Source: Bacteroidia bacterium (GTDB lineage: Bacteria > Bacteroidota > Bacteroidia > J057 > RFSG01). From it: 64,000 bases of DNA. A program made the translations under genes and the position numbers. The stretch covers positions 3,091-67,090 of the forward strand of contig JBEIHC010000001.1 in the NCBI GenBank assembly GCA_040381555.1. Reading direction: 5' to 3'. Of this stretch, positions 29,213 through 38,505 are shown piece by piece. Under the pieces are notes generated by a model. That model ran no database searches and was not told the origin of the DNA. It saw only the letters and a list, made by a program, of their open reading frames with translations. Every line of letters begins with the position of its first letter. Position 1 is the first letter of the stretch.

Positions 29213-30580
29213 ATGTTTTACAATAATATTCTAGAAGCCATTGGGAATACTCCCCTTATCCGGATTAATACAGTAAGTACAAATGTGAAGCCTATAATTT
29301 TGGGTAAGGTAGAGTATTTTAATCCGGGTAATAGCATCAAAGACCGAATCGCGGTAAAAATGGTGGAGGATGCAGAAAAAGCAGGACTTCTAAAACCCGG
29401 GGGAACCATCATTGAAGGGACATCCGGAAATACGGGGATGGGACTCGCCTTGGTAGCCGCTATCAAAGGATACCGATGCATTTTTACCATGCCGGATAAG
29501 CAGTCTAAAGAGAAAATGGACATACTGAGAGCTGTAGGAGCCGAAGTAGTGGTAACTCCGACGGCAGTTGCTCCAGATGATCCGAGATCCTACTATTCTG
29601 TAGCTAAAAGACTAGCGGCTGAAATTCCTAATTCTTATTATCCCAATCAGTATGATAATTTGTCCAATACCCAAGCACATATAGAATCTACAGGTCCTGA
29701 AATTTGGGAACAAACAGAAGGTAAGGTTACCCATGTCGTTGCCGGTATGGGTACTTGTGGAACCATTTCAGGAATTGCAAAATATTTGAAATCGAAGAAT
29801 CCGGATATTAAAATCATTGGAATTGATACTTACGGTTCCGTATTTAAGAAACTGCATGAAACAGGTATTTTTGACGAAAAAGAAATTCATTCTTATTTGA
29901 CAGAAGGAATTGGGGAAGATATTATTCCTGCCAACACAGATATGACGGTAGTGGATAAAATCATTAAAGTGACAGATAAGGATGCCGCTATCATGGCTAG
30001 GAAATTAGCGCGGTTGGAAGGTTTGTTTGTTGGATGGTCTTGTGGCTCTGCCATGCATGGAGCATTAGAATATGCGCGTGATTTGGGTAAGGATGCTTTG
30101 ATGGTTGTGATACTACCCGATCATGGTACCCGGTATTTGGGGAAAATTTATAATGATACCTGGATGTCTGATCATGGATTTCTGGAAGAAGGAAATATGC
30201 TGACAGCGAGAGATATATTAGCTCGAAAAGAGGGTAGAAGTGAGTTTATTACCCTAAGCCCCCAGCATACTCTTAAAGATGCGATTAACCTGATTCGGAA
30301 GAATTATATCACTCAGATTCCTGTTGTCGAAAATGGAAAGGTGGTGGGGAGCATAACCGAAAGAAGGGTACTGAACACTATTTTGGATGACCCAGGATTG
30401 AAAGATGAGCCGGTCACTATTGCGATGAATGACCCTTTCCCATTTGTACTGGCTACAACACGGATTGATGTTCTATCTAAAATGATTAATAAGGAGAATC
30501 CAGCGGTGTTGGTTCAAACGGAAGATGGGCAGTTGGACATTATCACTGAGTTTGATTTAATTAGTGTTTTAGCGGGTTAA
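29213..30580 (+). CDS. Cystathionine beta-synthase-type PLP enzyme (cysteine synthase fold plus tandem CBS domains)
   Basis: PLP-lysine context GNSIKDRIA, GTSGNTG loop, and a C-terminal CBS pair (ITQIPVVENGKVVGSITE...). Confidence 0.88.
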   Translation: MFYNNILEAIGNTPLIRINTVSTNVKPIILGKVEYFNPGNSIKDRIAVKMVEDAEKAGLLKPGGTIIEGTSGNTGMGLALVAAIKGYRCIFTMPDKQSKEKMDILRAVGAEVVVTPTAVAPDDPRSYYSVAKRLAAEIPNSYYPNQYDNLSNTQAHIESTGPEIWEQTEGKVTHVVAGMGTCGTISGIAKYLKSKNPDIKIIGIDTYGSVFKKLHETGIFDEKEIHSYLTEGIGEDIIPANTDMTVVDKIIKVTDKDAAIMARKLARLEGLFVGWSCGSAMHGALEYARDLGKDALMVVILPDHGTRYLGKIYNDTWMSDHGFLEEGNMLTARDILARKEGRSEFITLSPQHTLKDAINLIRKNYITQIPVVENGKVVGSITERRVLNTILDDPGLKDEPVTIAMNDPFPFVLATTRIDVLSKMINKENPAVLVQTEDGQLDIITEFDLISVLAG

Positions 30581-30655
30581 CTGCTTTTTCCAAGTTTTTG
30601 GGAAATAATTTTTTTGCCGAAATTTGCGTTATAATGCTTGTTTTAATTGGATCAT

Positions 30656-32083
30656 ATGAGCAAAATGCAGAAACTGTTTTGGGTATTGATTGCCTTTTCT
30701 TCTGGAATTTTTGGGGCTTGGGTATTTTCTTACCTGCAGCCTAATCCTTCCGCCTTTCCGGTATATGCCGAGAACAGTCCTTCGAGTTTGACTCATTTGA
30801 GGGAGACCATGTCCGATGCGGGAAGTTTCATTACAGCCTCGGAAGTTTCAACCCATTCTGTCGTATTTATTAAAACCACTTCAACCTACCAACAGCAGCC
30901 CAATTCTTTTTGGTTTTGGGGTGATTTTTTTGGTAACCGGGGGCCCGTTTATAATTCAGGTTCTGGTGTAATCGTCTCTGCTGATGGAGTTATTGTAACG
31001 AATAATCATGTGGTAGATAAAGCAGATGAAATCGAAGTGGTCATGAATGACAAAAGATCCTTTAAGGCGAAAGTGATTGGAACGGACCCATCTTCGGATT
31101 TGGCTGTATTGAGAATAGAAGCCAAGGATTTGCCTTTTGTGAAATTCGATAACTCCGATAATTTACGAATAGGAGAATGGGTAATTGCGGTCGGAAATCC
31201 CTTTAACTTGACCTCAACCGTTACCGCGGGCATTGTCAGTGCCAAAGGAAGAAATATCAATATTGTCAATTCACAATTTCCGATAGAATCTTTTATTCAA
31301 ACGGATGCTGCAATTAATCCAGGAAATTCGGGTGGTGCCTTAGTCAATTTAAGAGGCCAATTAGTGGGTATCAATACAGCGATATATTCTCAAACAGGAA
31401 GTTATGCAGGATATGGGTTTGCAGTTCCCGCCAATGTGGTATCCAAAGTGGTGAAAGATATGGTGGAATTTGGTGAGGTTCAGCGCCCCTTTTTGAATGC
31501 TGATATTCAGGATATAGATCAAAAGTTGGCAGATAAGTTAAAAGAAGAAAATCTTAAAGGAGTATTTGTAAAAGATATTGGGAGCGGGGGAGCCGCTGAT
31601 AAGGCGGGCTTGGAGGTAGGCGATATCATTTTGAAAGTGGATGGGGTAGAGGTGAATTCGAAGGCCACATTTGAGGAGCGAATCAGTTATTACCGTCCGG
31701 GCGATAAGGTAAAGCTTACGGTAAAGCGAAAGTCAGAGTTGCGTGACCATGTGGTATCGCTTACGAATCGGGAAGGAACCGTTGAGATGTTGCGGAAGCA
31801 AAGTGTAACATCCGTTTCATTAGGGGCAGATTTTGAATTGCTTTCAAAAGTGGAACGAGAGAAAATGAATGTCGATGGAGGCGTAAAGGTTTCGAACATT
31901 CGAAATGGTTTGATACGGAATATGAATTTGCCGGAAGGATTTGTGATTACAGCCATTAATAAGGTGAAATTAACAGATGCCGAAGATGCGATTCGGATAT
32001 TGGAGTCGAATAAAGGAACAGTTGTGATAGAAGGCGTTCATCCGAATGGGACTCGGGCGTATTATTCGTTTTATGTGCGGTAG
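30656..32083 (+). CDS. HtrA/DegP-family periplasmic serine protease with PDZ domains
   Basis: Catalytic triad contexts TNNHVV, SDLAVL and GNSGGALV, followed by a PDZ region. Confidence 0.9.
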   Translation: MSKMQKLFWVLIAFSSGIFGAWVFSYLQPNPSAFPVYAENSPSSLTHLRETMSDAGSFITASEVSTHSVVFIKTTSTYQQQPNSFWFWGDFFGNRGPVYNSGSGVIVSADGVIVTNNHVVDKADEIEVVMNDKRSFKAKVIGTDPSSDLAVLRIEAKDLPFVKFDNSDNLRIGEWVIAVGNPFNLTSTVTAGIVSAKGRNINIVNSQFPIESFIQTDAAINPGNSGGALVNLRGQLVGINTAIYSQTGSYAGYGFAVPANVVSKVVKDMVEFGEVQRPFLNADIQDIDQKLADKLKEENLKGVFVKDIGSGGAADKAGLEVGDIILKVDGVEVNSKATFEERISYYRPGDKVKLTVKRKSELRDHVVSLTNREGTVEMLRKQSVTSVSLGADFELLSKVEREKMNVDGGVKVSNIRNGLIRNMNLPEGFVITAINKVKLTDAEDAIRILESNKGTVVIEGVHPNGTRAYYSFYVR

Positions 32084-32094
32084 GTAGGGTTTGG

Positions 32095-32109
32095 GTTATC
32101 ACCAAGCGG
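32095..32109 (+). promoter_or_regulatory. Third occurrence of the 15-mer GTTATCACCAAGCGG (identical to 183..197)
   Basis: Exact 15/15 match to repeat copy A and 13/15 to copy B (2758..2772). It lies 109 nt upstream of the lipoprotein gene start at 32218. Confidence 0.4.
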
Positions 32110-32217
32110 GAACTGTAAAAATTTGATTATTAGATTTTTATGTACTTTGTTACTTTCCCTAATTTCTATTTAGAAATTTAATCTTAATTTGGAGGGACAA
32201 ATTTGAAACCTACCTGT

Positions 32218-32952
32218 ATGAAATTAAAGTTTTTGTTAATTGCTCTGCTGTCTTTTACAGTCATTACTGCTTGCAAGAAAAAGGAAAAAGCGGAGGATGC
32301 TCCGGTCGTGAAGGGATGTATGAATTCCAACTCGATGAATTATAATCCCGCAGCCACTCAGGATGATGGCAGTTGCCAGAATGCAGATGTATTCTTACCG
32401 ATGAAGGTGGGAAATAATTGGCAATTGCTGGATACCGTTGAGGTGCCTATCCCAGGTTTTGAATTGTCATTGCCTGTCACAGCTTCTTTGAATATTGATA
32501 AGGATACCGTTATGGGAGGCAATACCTATTTTATGATTTCCCAGTCTTTTGAGGTAGAAGGTTCCCCGATTCCCATTGGCAATGTTTTGCCTTCAACCCG
32601 ATTTGGATATAGAACCGATCGTACCGGAAAAATATACCGTCGGGTACCCGGTGAGGATAAGGAGTATATTTATGTTAATTACCCGCTAGCAGTAGGGGAT
32701 ACTTGGGAAGATCAATCCGCCAGTGCTGCTACCTATACCGTTACTGGCACACAACTCATGTGGGTACCTGCAGTAAATAAATTAGTATCAGCCTGGAAGA
32801 TTCAGGTAGTATCCGGCACCACCGGGGGGCAACCCATAGAATTATACTTCAGTAAGGATATTGGTTTGGTTCGCCAGGAAATTTCCTTTACCATTATGGG
32901 CTTTAATCTCGGATTGGATGCCTTCCTGCAAAGTATCGCCCTCCAAAAGTAA
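32218..32952 (+). CDS. Hypothetical lipoprotein
   Basis: Lipobox LSFTVITAC from the ATG at 32218. No recognisable domain. Confidence 0.6.
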   Translation: MKLKFLLIALLSFTVITACKKKEKAEDAPVVKGCMNSNSMNYNPAATQDDGSCQNADVFLPMKVGNNWQLLDTVEVPIPGFELSLPVTASLNIDKDTVMGGNTYFMISQSFEVEGSPIPIGNVLPSTRFGYRTDRTGKIYRRVPGEDKEYIYVNYPLAVGDTWEDQSASAATYTVTGTQLMWVPAVNKLVSAWKIQVVSGTTGGQPIELYFSKDIGLVRQEISFTIMGFNLGLDAFLQSIALQK

Positions 32953-32978
32953 TTCGTCTACAATTAGTAATAATTTAA

Positions 32979-33012
32979 AACCTCCCTCACTCCAATCAGG
33001 GAGGTTCTTTTT
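32979..33012 (+). terminator. Rho-independent terminator
   Basis: aacctccct-(10-nt loop)-agggaggtt followed by cttttt. Confidence 0.75.
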
Positions 33013-33020
33013 ATCAGTCC

Positions 33021-34844
33021 ATGAAGCGTAATAGTATAGCTTGCTTACTTTCTCTGGTCATCACCGGAGTGGTCTATTTTCTAACCATGGCTCCCAGTGT
33101 GGTGGAGATTGATTCGGGAGAATTATCCGCCGTACAATTCACCGCTGGAATAGCTCATCCAACGGGCTATCCTCTTTTTACCTGGTTAGGCTGGCTTTTT
33201 ACTCGAATTCCTTTGGCCTCCTCCATGATTTATCAGATCAATGTATTGGCACTGGTTTATGTATTGGCTTCTCTGGGAATACTCTGGTTTGCATTTAATT
33301 TATTTCTGACAAAAGTATTATCGGTGAAAGATGAATGGGCTGGTTTCATTCTTCCATCTGCTTTAGTAATTACCCTGGGATTATCTAAAACCTACTGGGC
33401 ACAGGCTACTGCAACGGAAGTTTATTCCCTGAATCTGGTCGTATTGGCTGCTATTATTTTCTGCCTGATTTATATACAAGTTTATAATAATCTGAAATAT
33501 TGGTATGTTTTAGCCATATTGTTGGGTCTAGGGTTCTCCAATCACATGACCACCTTGATGATTTTACCCGGTATCGCCTGGCTCTATTTTAATTCTTATG
33601 GAATCAGCAAACCCGAATTATGGAAAAGGCTGGGGAAAATGATTGCAATTTTTTTGAGCGTTCTGGGAATTAATTATGGCGGATTAATGTTCCGGGCTGC
33701 TTCTGAACCCCTGTTAAATTGGGGAAATCCTCATTCCTTTGAGCGATTAATGGTGCATGTAAGTGGTTGGCAATATCGTGTATGGTTATTCTCTTCTTCA
33801 AAAGTAACCAAAGCCAATTTGGCAGAATTCTTTGCTGGTTTCCAGAATGAATTTATGGTATTGGCAATTCTTACTTTAATTGCTGGACTTTTATTTCTCT
33901 GGAAACAAAATAAAAGATGGGCGATATTCTTTAGTATCAGTTTTGCTTTTACGGTATTGTATGCCTCCAATTATGATATTGCTGATTTGGATTCCTATTT
34001 TTTATTAGCCTATATTGCTGCCAGTTTTTTATTGTTAAGTGGCTGGGTCTATTGTATGCAATGGAAACCTGCATATTCAAAAATAATTCTCGCGATTGCC
34101 TTTATTCCCGGAATTTGGCAAGGTATCACTCAATTTGAAGCTCAGGACAGAAGCCAAGAATTCGTATTTGAAGATTACACCCGTGATGCCATGAATTCTC
34201 TTCCTGAGAATGCTTTGTTGATGAGTTATCAGTGGGATTTTCTCGTTTCACCTACTTATTATTTTCAACAAGTAGAAGGGTTTAGAAAGGATATTTGTGT
34301 AGTAGATAAAGAATTACTTCGTCGCTCTTGGTATTATCCACAAATGGAGCGACAGTATCCGGATGTATTTAAAAGGGTAGAGGCAGATAGCAAGGAATTT
34401 ATTCAAGAGGTAAGTCCTATGGAATTGGGACAAACGAATTTCGATGCTAAAAAGCTCGAATTTCTATTTCGGAAAATAATTAAAGATTTAATTACACCCG
34501 GAAAATACGAAGCCTATCTGGGTATTGAAATGATGCAGAACGATCTACGGAATAATAAAATAGATTTACCTCAGGGATATACTTTTATTCCGGATAAATA
34601 CTTTATGCGCATTGTTGCGGACTCTGCTGGATATCAGCCCTTGGAATTTACCCCCTATCAAATTCGATTTGGAAACCCTAAAAATTCCTATGGCACTGAA
34701 ATCCGCAAGATTGCTGCCAGTATGGCGGTCTATCGTGCCTTATACGAAAAAGCTGCAGGCTTCCCCGATAAAGCAAACCAATGGAAAACAGAAGCCCTGA
34801 GAGTTAAACCCGATTTTCAATTACCCAGCGAATTGAAGGAGTAA
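33021..34844 (+). CDS. DUF2723 / TMEM260-like GT-C fold membrane glycosyltransferase
   Basis: N-terminal FLTMAPSVVEIDSGELSAVQFTAGIAHPTGYPLF is characteristic of DUF2723 proteins. It has about 10 TM helices and a soluble C-terminal region. Confidence 0.7.
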   Translation: MKRNSIACLLSLVITGVVYFLTMAPSVVEIDSGELSAVQFTAGIAHPTGYPLFTWLGWLFTRIPLASSMIYQINVLALVYVLASLGILWFAFNLFLTKVLSVKDEWAGFILPSALVITLGLSKTYWAQATATEVYSLNLVVLAAIIFCLIYIQVYNNLKYWYVLAILLGLGFSNHMTTLMILPGIAWLYFNSYGISKPELWKRLGKMIAIFLSVLGINYGGLMFRAASEPLLNWGNPHSFERLMVHVSGWQYRVWLFSSSKVTKANLAEFFAGFQNEFMVLAILTLIAGLLFLWKQNKRWAIFFSISFAFTVLYASNYDIADLDSYFLLAYIAASFLLLSGWVYCMQWKPAYSKIILAIAFIPGIWQGITQFEAQDRSQEFVFEDYTRDAMNSLPENALLMSYQWDFLVSPTYYFQQVEGFRKDICVVDKELLRRSWYYPQMERQYPDVFKRVEADSKEFIQEVSPMELGQTNFDAKKLEFLFRKIIKDLITPGKYEAYLGIEMMQNDLRNNKIDLPQGYTFIPDKYFMRIVADSAGYQPLEFTPYQIRFGNPKNSYGTEIRKIAASMAVYRALYEKAAGFPDKANQWKTEALRVKPDFQLPSELKE

Positions 34845-34880
34845 GGGAGGAAAATAGTATATTCGTTATTCTTTCTTTAT

Positions 34881-35463
34881 TCTCGTGAGCTAACTCTTTC
34901 GCTCTCTTCTCTCATTCTCGCTCTGACCTTTGGGGTGTGTTGTCATTCGTACGGCTCTGTGCAAGTGTTAGTGCGGCAAATATTGCATCCGTGCGGCAGG
35001 GTAGGTTTTCCTATTATTGAACTTTTATATTTAAGTCTGAATCACAGACCAAAAGGAATGGGGGATTGCGCAGATTGTGCTATTGCATTTTTCCAAGTAG
35101 AGATGCACAATTGTGCGTCTCTACTGTAAGAGCGCAATATCATAGCGAGGCGGTACCGCCCCTCGTGAAATTAAATTCGCTACGCTCATTATTGTTTAAC
35201 CACTAAGATCACAAAGAAGGTTACAAAGTACCACAAAGTGTAATCTGCGCGTATCAAGAATTAACCGCAAAGTAACAAAGGGACGCAAAGGGGCGCTTCG
35301 CTTTTTAATTTACGCTACTTAAATAATTGAGGTGCGTGCGGCCGGCTGTCATGTCGAGTACGAGGCCCAATGGAATTTTGCAATAACGAAATTTAGGAGG
35401 CCTCGTATCGAGACAGGTGCGGCTCGAAAAACAGAGTGAGAATGAGAGCGAAGTTGAGAATTC
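34881..35463. repeat. Non-coding structured island bounded by imperfect inverted repeats (MITE/REP-like composite)
   Basis: The reverse complement of the left end (34881..34925) reads cagagcgagaatgagag..., and the right end (35432..35463) reads cagagtgagaatgagag... Internal hairpins lie at 35097..35124 (12-bp stem) and 35346..35416 (18 paired positions). Six RCAAAG hexamers lie at 35209..35290. Confidence 0.5.
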
Positions 35464-35583
35464 TAAAGTATAAAGTTTAATAAACGAAGGGTAAATCTGG
35501 ATAGCGAAATGTCGGTTTCATTGCTATTCGGAATAGTTTTCGGCCAAACATCAAACTCTGTCTCTCCCCTCCCTGCCCTGAAA

Positions 35584-35655
35584 GGGCATTTTAGTTTGTC
35601 CTGCACTTTAGTGCAGGAAGGGTATTTTAGTTTGCCCGGCACTTCAGTGCCGGAC
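35584..35655 (-). terminator. Two tandem 36-bp hairpin modules immediately 3' of the minus-strand gene ending at 35670
   Basis: The units are gggcattttagtttgtcctgcactttagtgcaggaa and gggtattttagtttgcccggcacttcagtgccggac. The stems cctgcac/gtgcagg and ccggcac/gtgccgg differ by a compensatory pair. No U-tract follows, so the terminator role is tentative. Confidence 0.4.
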
Positions 35656-35669
35656 AAAAAGATAACCCA

Positions 35670-36572
35670 TCACTTCATTTGATACTTATCTCTCGCTTTC
35701 TGCCATTGCTGCTCTGATTTTTTCTTATGTTTGGGAAGCATCGCAATATAGGATGTTTGATACGATTTTTTGATATTTTTCTTGAAAATTTCCGTGCCCC
35801 CACTCATAATTGCATATTTTAATGAAAGGCTTATTTCATAACTATTAATCTGAAATCCCATTAATTTTTTGCCTTTACGGAACTGGTAGTTTACCGGATA
35901 GTATTCGTAATTCATAGATTTTAATAATTCGTAAATGGATTTATTATCCTGATAGGGTTGTTGAAAAAATGCTTGCTTTAAATCTATGGCACAGAAATTT
36001 ACTGGGGGGTAATTAGAAAATTCGATAATAAGTGTAATTCTTTCTGGTGTATAAATCATTATGCCCATTGAATCTCTTACTCGGATATTGACTTGCATAG
36101 TTCGGCTAACGCTGTAATTAAAACTATCCCTTGAGTTTTGACTTTCTTGAGTAATGGATTTACTATCTCTAAAATAGATTTTATCTATGAAATATTTTAG
36201 GGAATCTTTATGAAGTTCATGGAAATCATACACACTCATTTCGCTCAAAGGGTCTGGTTTTGTATCATAGGCAATTACTTTGCATTTTTCATTTTTAATA
36301 CCTTCCAGGATTAATGCAGGAATACCACTTAACACAGGCTCATTTACCTGTTGAAACAGGGGCGTATTGTTCATCACATGTTTTAAATGGGGGGGTACAA
36401 ATCGTGGCCAGTTCTGATCCAAAGGAATCCAAATGGTCATGACCTGATCATACGGGGTATAAATAAATTCTGAATCAGGAGTTAATGTTTCTGGCTTGCT
36501 GGGATTGGGTAATTTCTGCGCACTGCATTCTAACAGAATGAATACCATCAATAAAGTCAAAATATTTTTCAT
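35670..36572 (-). CDS. Hypothetical secreted protein
   Basis: Signal peptide MKNILTLLMVFILLECSAQ from the ATG at 36572. No recognisable domain. It lies downstream of the TMTC-like cluster. Confidence 0.55.
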   Translation of the reverse strand: MKNILTLLMVFILLECSAQKLPNPSKPETLTPDSEFIYTPYDQVMTIWIPLDQNWPRFVPPHLKHVMNNTPLFQQVNEPVLSGIPALILEGIKNEKCKVIAYDTKPDPLSEMSVYDFHELHKDSLKYFIDKIYFRDSKSITQESQNSRDSFNYSVSRTMQVNIRVRDSMGIMIYTPERITLIIEFSNYPPVNFCAIDLKQAFFQQPYQDNKSIYELLKSMNYEYYPVNYQFRKGKKLMGFQINSYEISLSLKYAIMSGGTEIFKKNIKKSYQTSYIAMLPKHKKKSEQQWQKARDKYQMK

Positions 36573-36596
36573 GATATATGAGGGTAAATACCAGGA

Positions 36597-36604
36597 CAAA
36601 TTTA
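36597..36604 (-). promoter_or_regulatory. Bacteroidota -7 box candidate (TAAATTTG on the minus strand)
   Basis: Matches TAnnTTTG about 25 nt upstream of the ATG at 36572. Confidence 0.4.
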
Positions 36605-36699
36605 TAAAAATATAATTAAAAAAAAAGTAAAATGTTTTATTTTGAAATCGGCCAGGAGGAGAGCCGGCTTATTCGATGTTATCCTTTAGGTTTGTAACA

Positions 36700-38505
36700 T
36701 CACCAAACGGTTTTATCCTGATCTATCGCAACCTGAGCTTCTGCGATTCCTTTAGAGGCCGCAACTTTCATCCAGCCTCTGGATTCGGATAATTTTCCTT
36801 GTTTCGCTAAAAGTAATGCCATTTGGTAATAAGCCTGGCCATTTGTACTATCAATGTTTAGGGCCTGATATAAGCTATGAGTGGCTAAGCTGTCTTGTCC
36901 GGTATTTTTGTAGGCTTCGGATAGCTGAATTCTATATCGGGCATTCTGTGGATACTCCTTAATACTTGCTCTGAAATAGTACAAAGCCGTGTCCCATTTC
37001 TGCTGATATAAGCTTGCCTGTGCCAATTCCGGATAATAGATTTCCGGTTCAGAAGATAAGCCTATCGCTTTGCGATACATGTTCTCGGCAGCGTAATATT
37101 TTCCTGCCTGTAAGAATGTCTTGCCCGCCCCGGTATAAGCTTGTATAGAATCGGGATATAATTCGGTAAGTTTTAAATAGAGTGGCAAGGCCTGATCCGA
37201 TTCTTGCCTGTTGTATCTGCTCTGCGCCAGATTGAAATTAGCGGCATAAATATCAGGATTGTAGCTTAAAATATCTCCATAAAAACTCTCATCATTTCTC
37301 CAGACTCTGATTCGATTTATCTGGATAGCAGAAAAAATAATAACAGTAAGGACGATAGCAATAGGTAATGAATTTCTTAATATCTGATATCTGTACCAGG
37401 CAATCCAGGAAAATTCGACAATCAGATACAGTAAGCCCAATCCTGCTATATAGTGATTTCGATCGGCCATGAGTGCCTGACCAGCAGGAAATAATTGTAA
37501 TACAGGTAGAATACAGACAAAGAAAAATAACCAGCCACTTAAGGTAACCCGACTAAAAGGTAAAATCTTAAAAAAGGTTATTAGCAGTCCAATCAATACA
37601 ACAGGCGCAAGGTAATCTCTCAATTCCGGGGATTCCGGGAAGGGATAAAAGGTTGATAATTGAATGGGCATTACCGTTCGGGAAATATAAAACACCAGAG
37701 CCCGGCATACAAATAGAAATTCCTGCCAATTGTGTAGGGTGCCGATTCGTCCTTCATTTAATTGAGCCAGAAAGGTAAACCAGACTAAAACAATTCCGAT
37801 AAAAAAAAATGGGAATTTCTCACTGATTGTATCCCTCCAGTTTATTTTCCTATTTTCCAGATAATCAATTAAAGGCAATAGTAAGGGTAAACTCATAGCC
37901 ATGGGTTTACATAAACAAGCCCAGACAAATCCAACTAAACTCAGTCGATAAAAATATTTATTTCCGCTGACCGTATAGCGGTAATAGAATAAAATGGAAA
38001 ACAAAAAACCAGCCGCATATAGTACATCCTTTCTTCCGTTTACCCAGGCAATACTTTCTGCATGCAGTGGGTGAATGCCGAAAAATAGTGCCACCATCCA
38101 TCCTTTGGTGCGATTATTTCCCAGTCTTCGAAATATTCTGTACACCAGCCAGACGTTGATTAAATGCCAGAATAGATTCTGTGCATGATAACTCAATGGA
38201 TTAAATCCACCTATTCGAAAATCCAGGGCAATACTTATGTCCACCAATGGATGATACCCTCCCTGGGTTGCGGAGGTAAATAATTTAAACAGACCAGAAA
38301 AATCTAAATTTCGGATTAATTCATTTTCTAGTACCAGTTGCTTATCCTCAATCCCAGCAAATCCATTCCACAAGGCTATCAAATTTACACTCAATACAAT
38401 CAGCAGAAGTATTACAATCGATGGACCTCTTTTACGGAGATATAAAGCAAATGAACTATCCGTAACAGAACCAGCAACCGTGGGAGAGGGGTGTAGGATT
38501 TTCAT
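36700..38505 (-). CDS. TMTC/DUF1736-like GT-C membrane glycosyltransferase fused to C-terminal TPR repeats (paralog 4, most divergent)
   Basis: Contains GGYHPLVDISIALDF and HPLHAESIAWVNGRKDVLY motifs, about 10 TM helices and C-terminal TPRs. The ATG at 38505 forms an ATGA overlap with the upstream paralog's stop. Confidence 0.75.
   Translation of the reverse strand: MKILHPSPTVAGSVTDSSFALYLRKRGPSIVILLLIVLSVNLIALWNGFAGIEDKQLVLENELIRNLDFSGLFKLFTSATQGGYHPLVDISIALDFRIGGFNPLSYHAQNLFWHLINVWLVYRIFRRLGNNRTKGWMVALFFGIHPLHAESIAWVNGRKDVLYAAGFLFSILFYYRYTVSGNKYFYRLSLVGFVWACLCKPMAMSLPLLLPLIDYLENRKINWRDTISEKFPFFFIGIVLVWFTFLAQLNEGRIGTLHNWQEFLFVCRALVFYISRTVMPIQLSTFYPFPESPELRDYLAPVVLIGLLITFFKILPFSRVTLSGWLFFFVCILPVLQLFPAGQALMADRNHYIAGLGLLYLIVEFSWIAWYRYQILRNSLPIAIVLTVIIFSAIQINRIRVWRNDESFYGDILSYNPDIYAANFNLAQSRYNRQESDQALPLYLKLTELYPDSIQAYTGAGKTFLQAGKYYAAENMYRKAIGLSSEPEIYYPELAQASLYQQKWDTALYYFRASIKEYPQNARYRIQLSEAYKNTGQDSLATHSLYQALNIDSTNGQAYYQMALLLAKQGKLSESRGWMKVAASKGIAEAQVAIDQDKTVW

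Noticed and set aside
34935-35129. 64-aa track ORF (MCCHSYGSVQ...) inside the structured intergenic island
   Set aside because: It overlaps hairpins and inverted repeats, has no signal or domain features and an odd Cys/His-rich composition. It is most likely a chance ORF in relatively GC-rich non-coding DNA.
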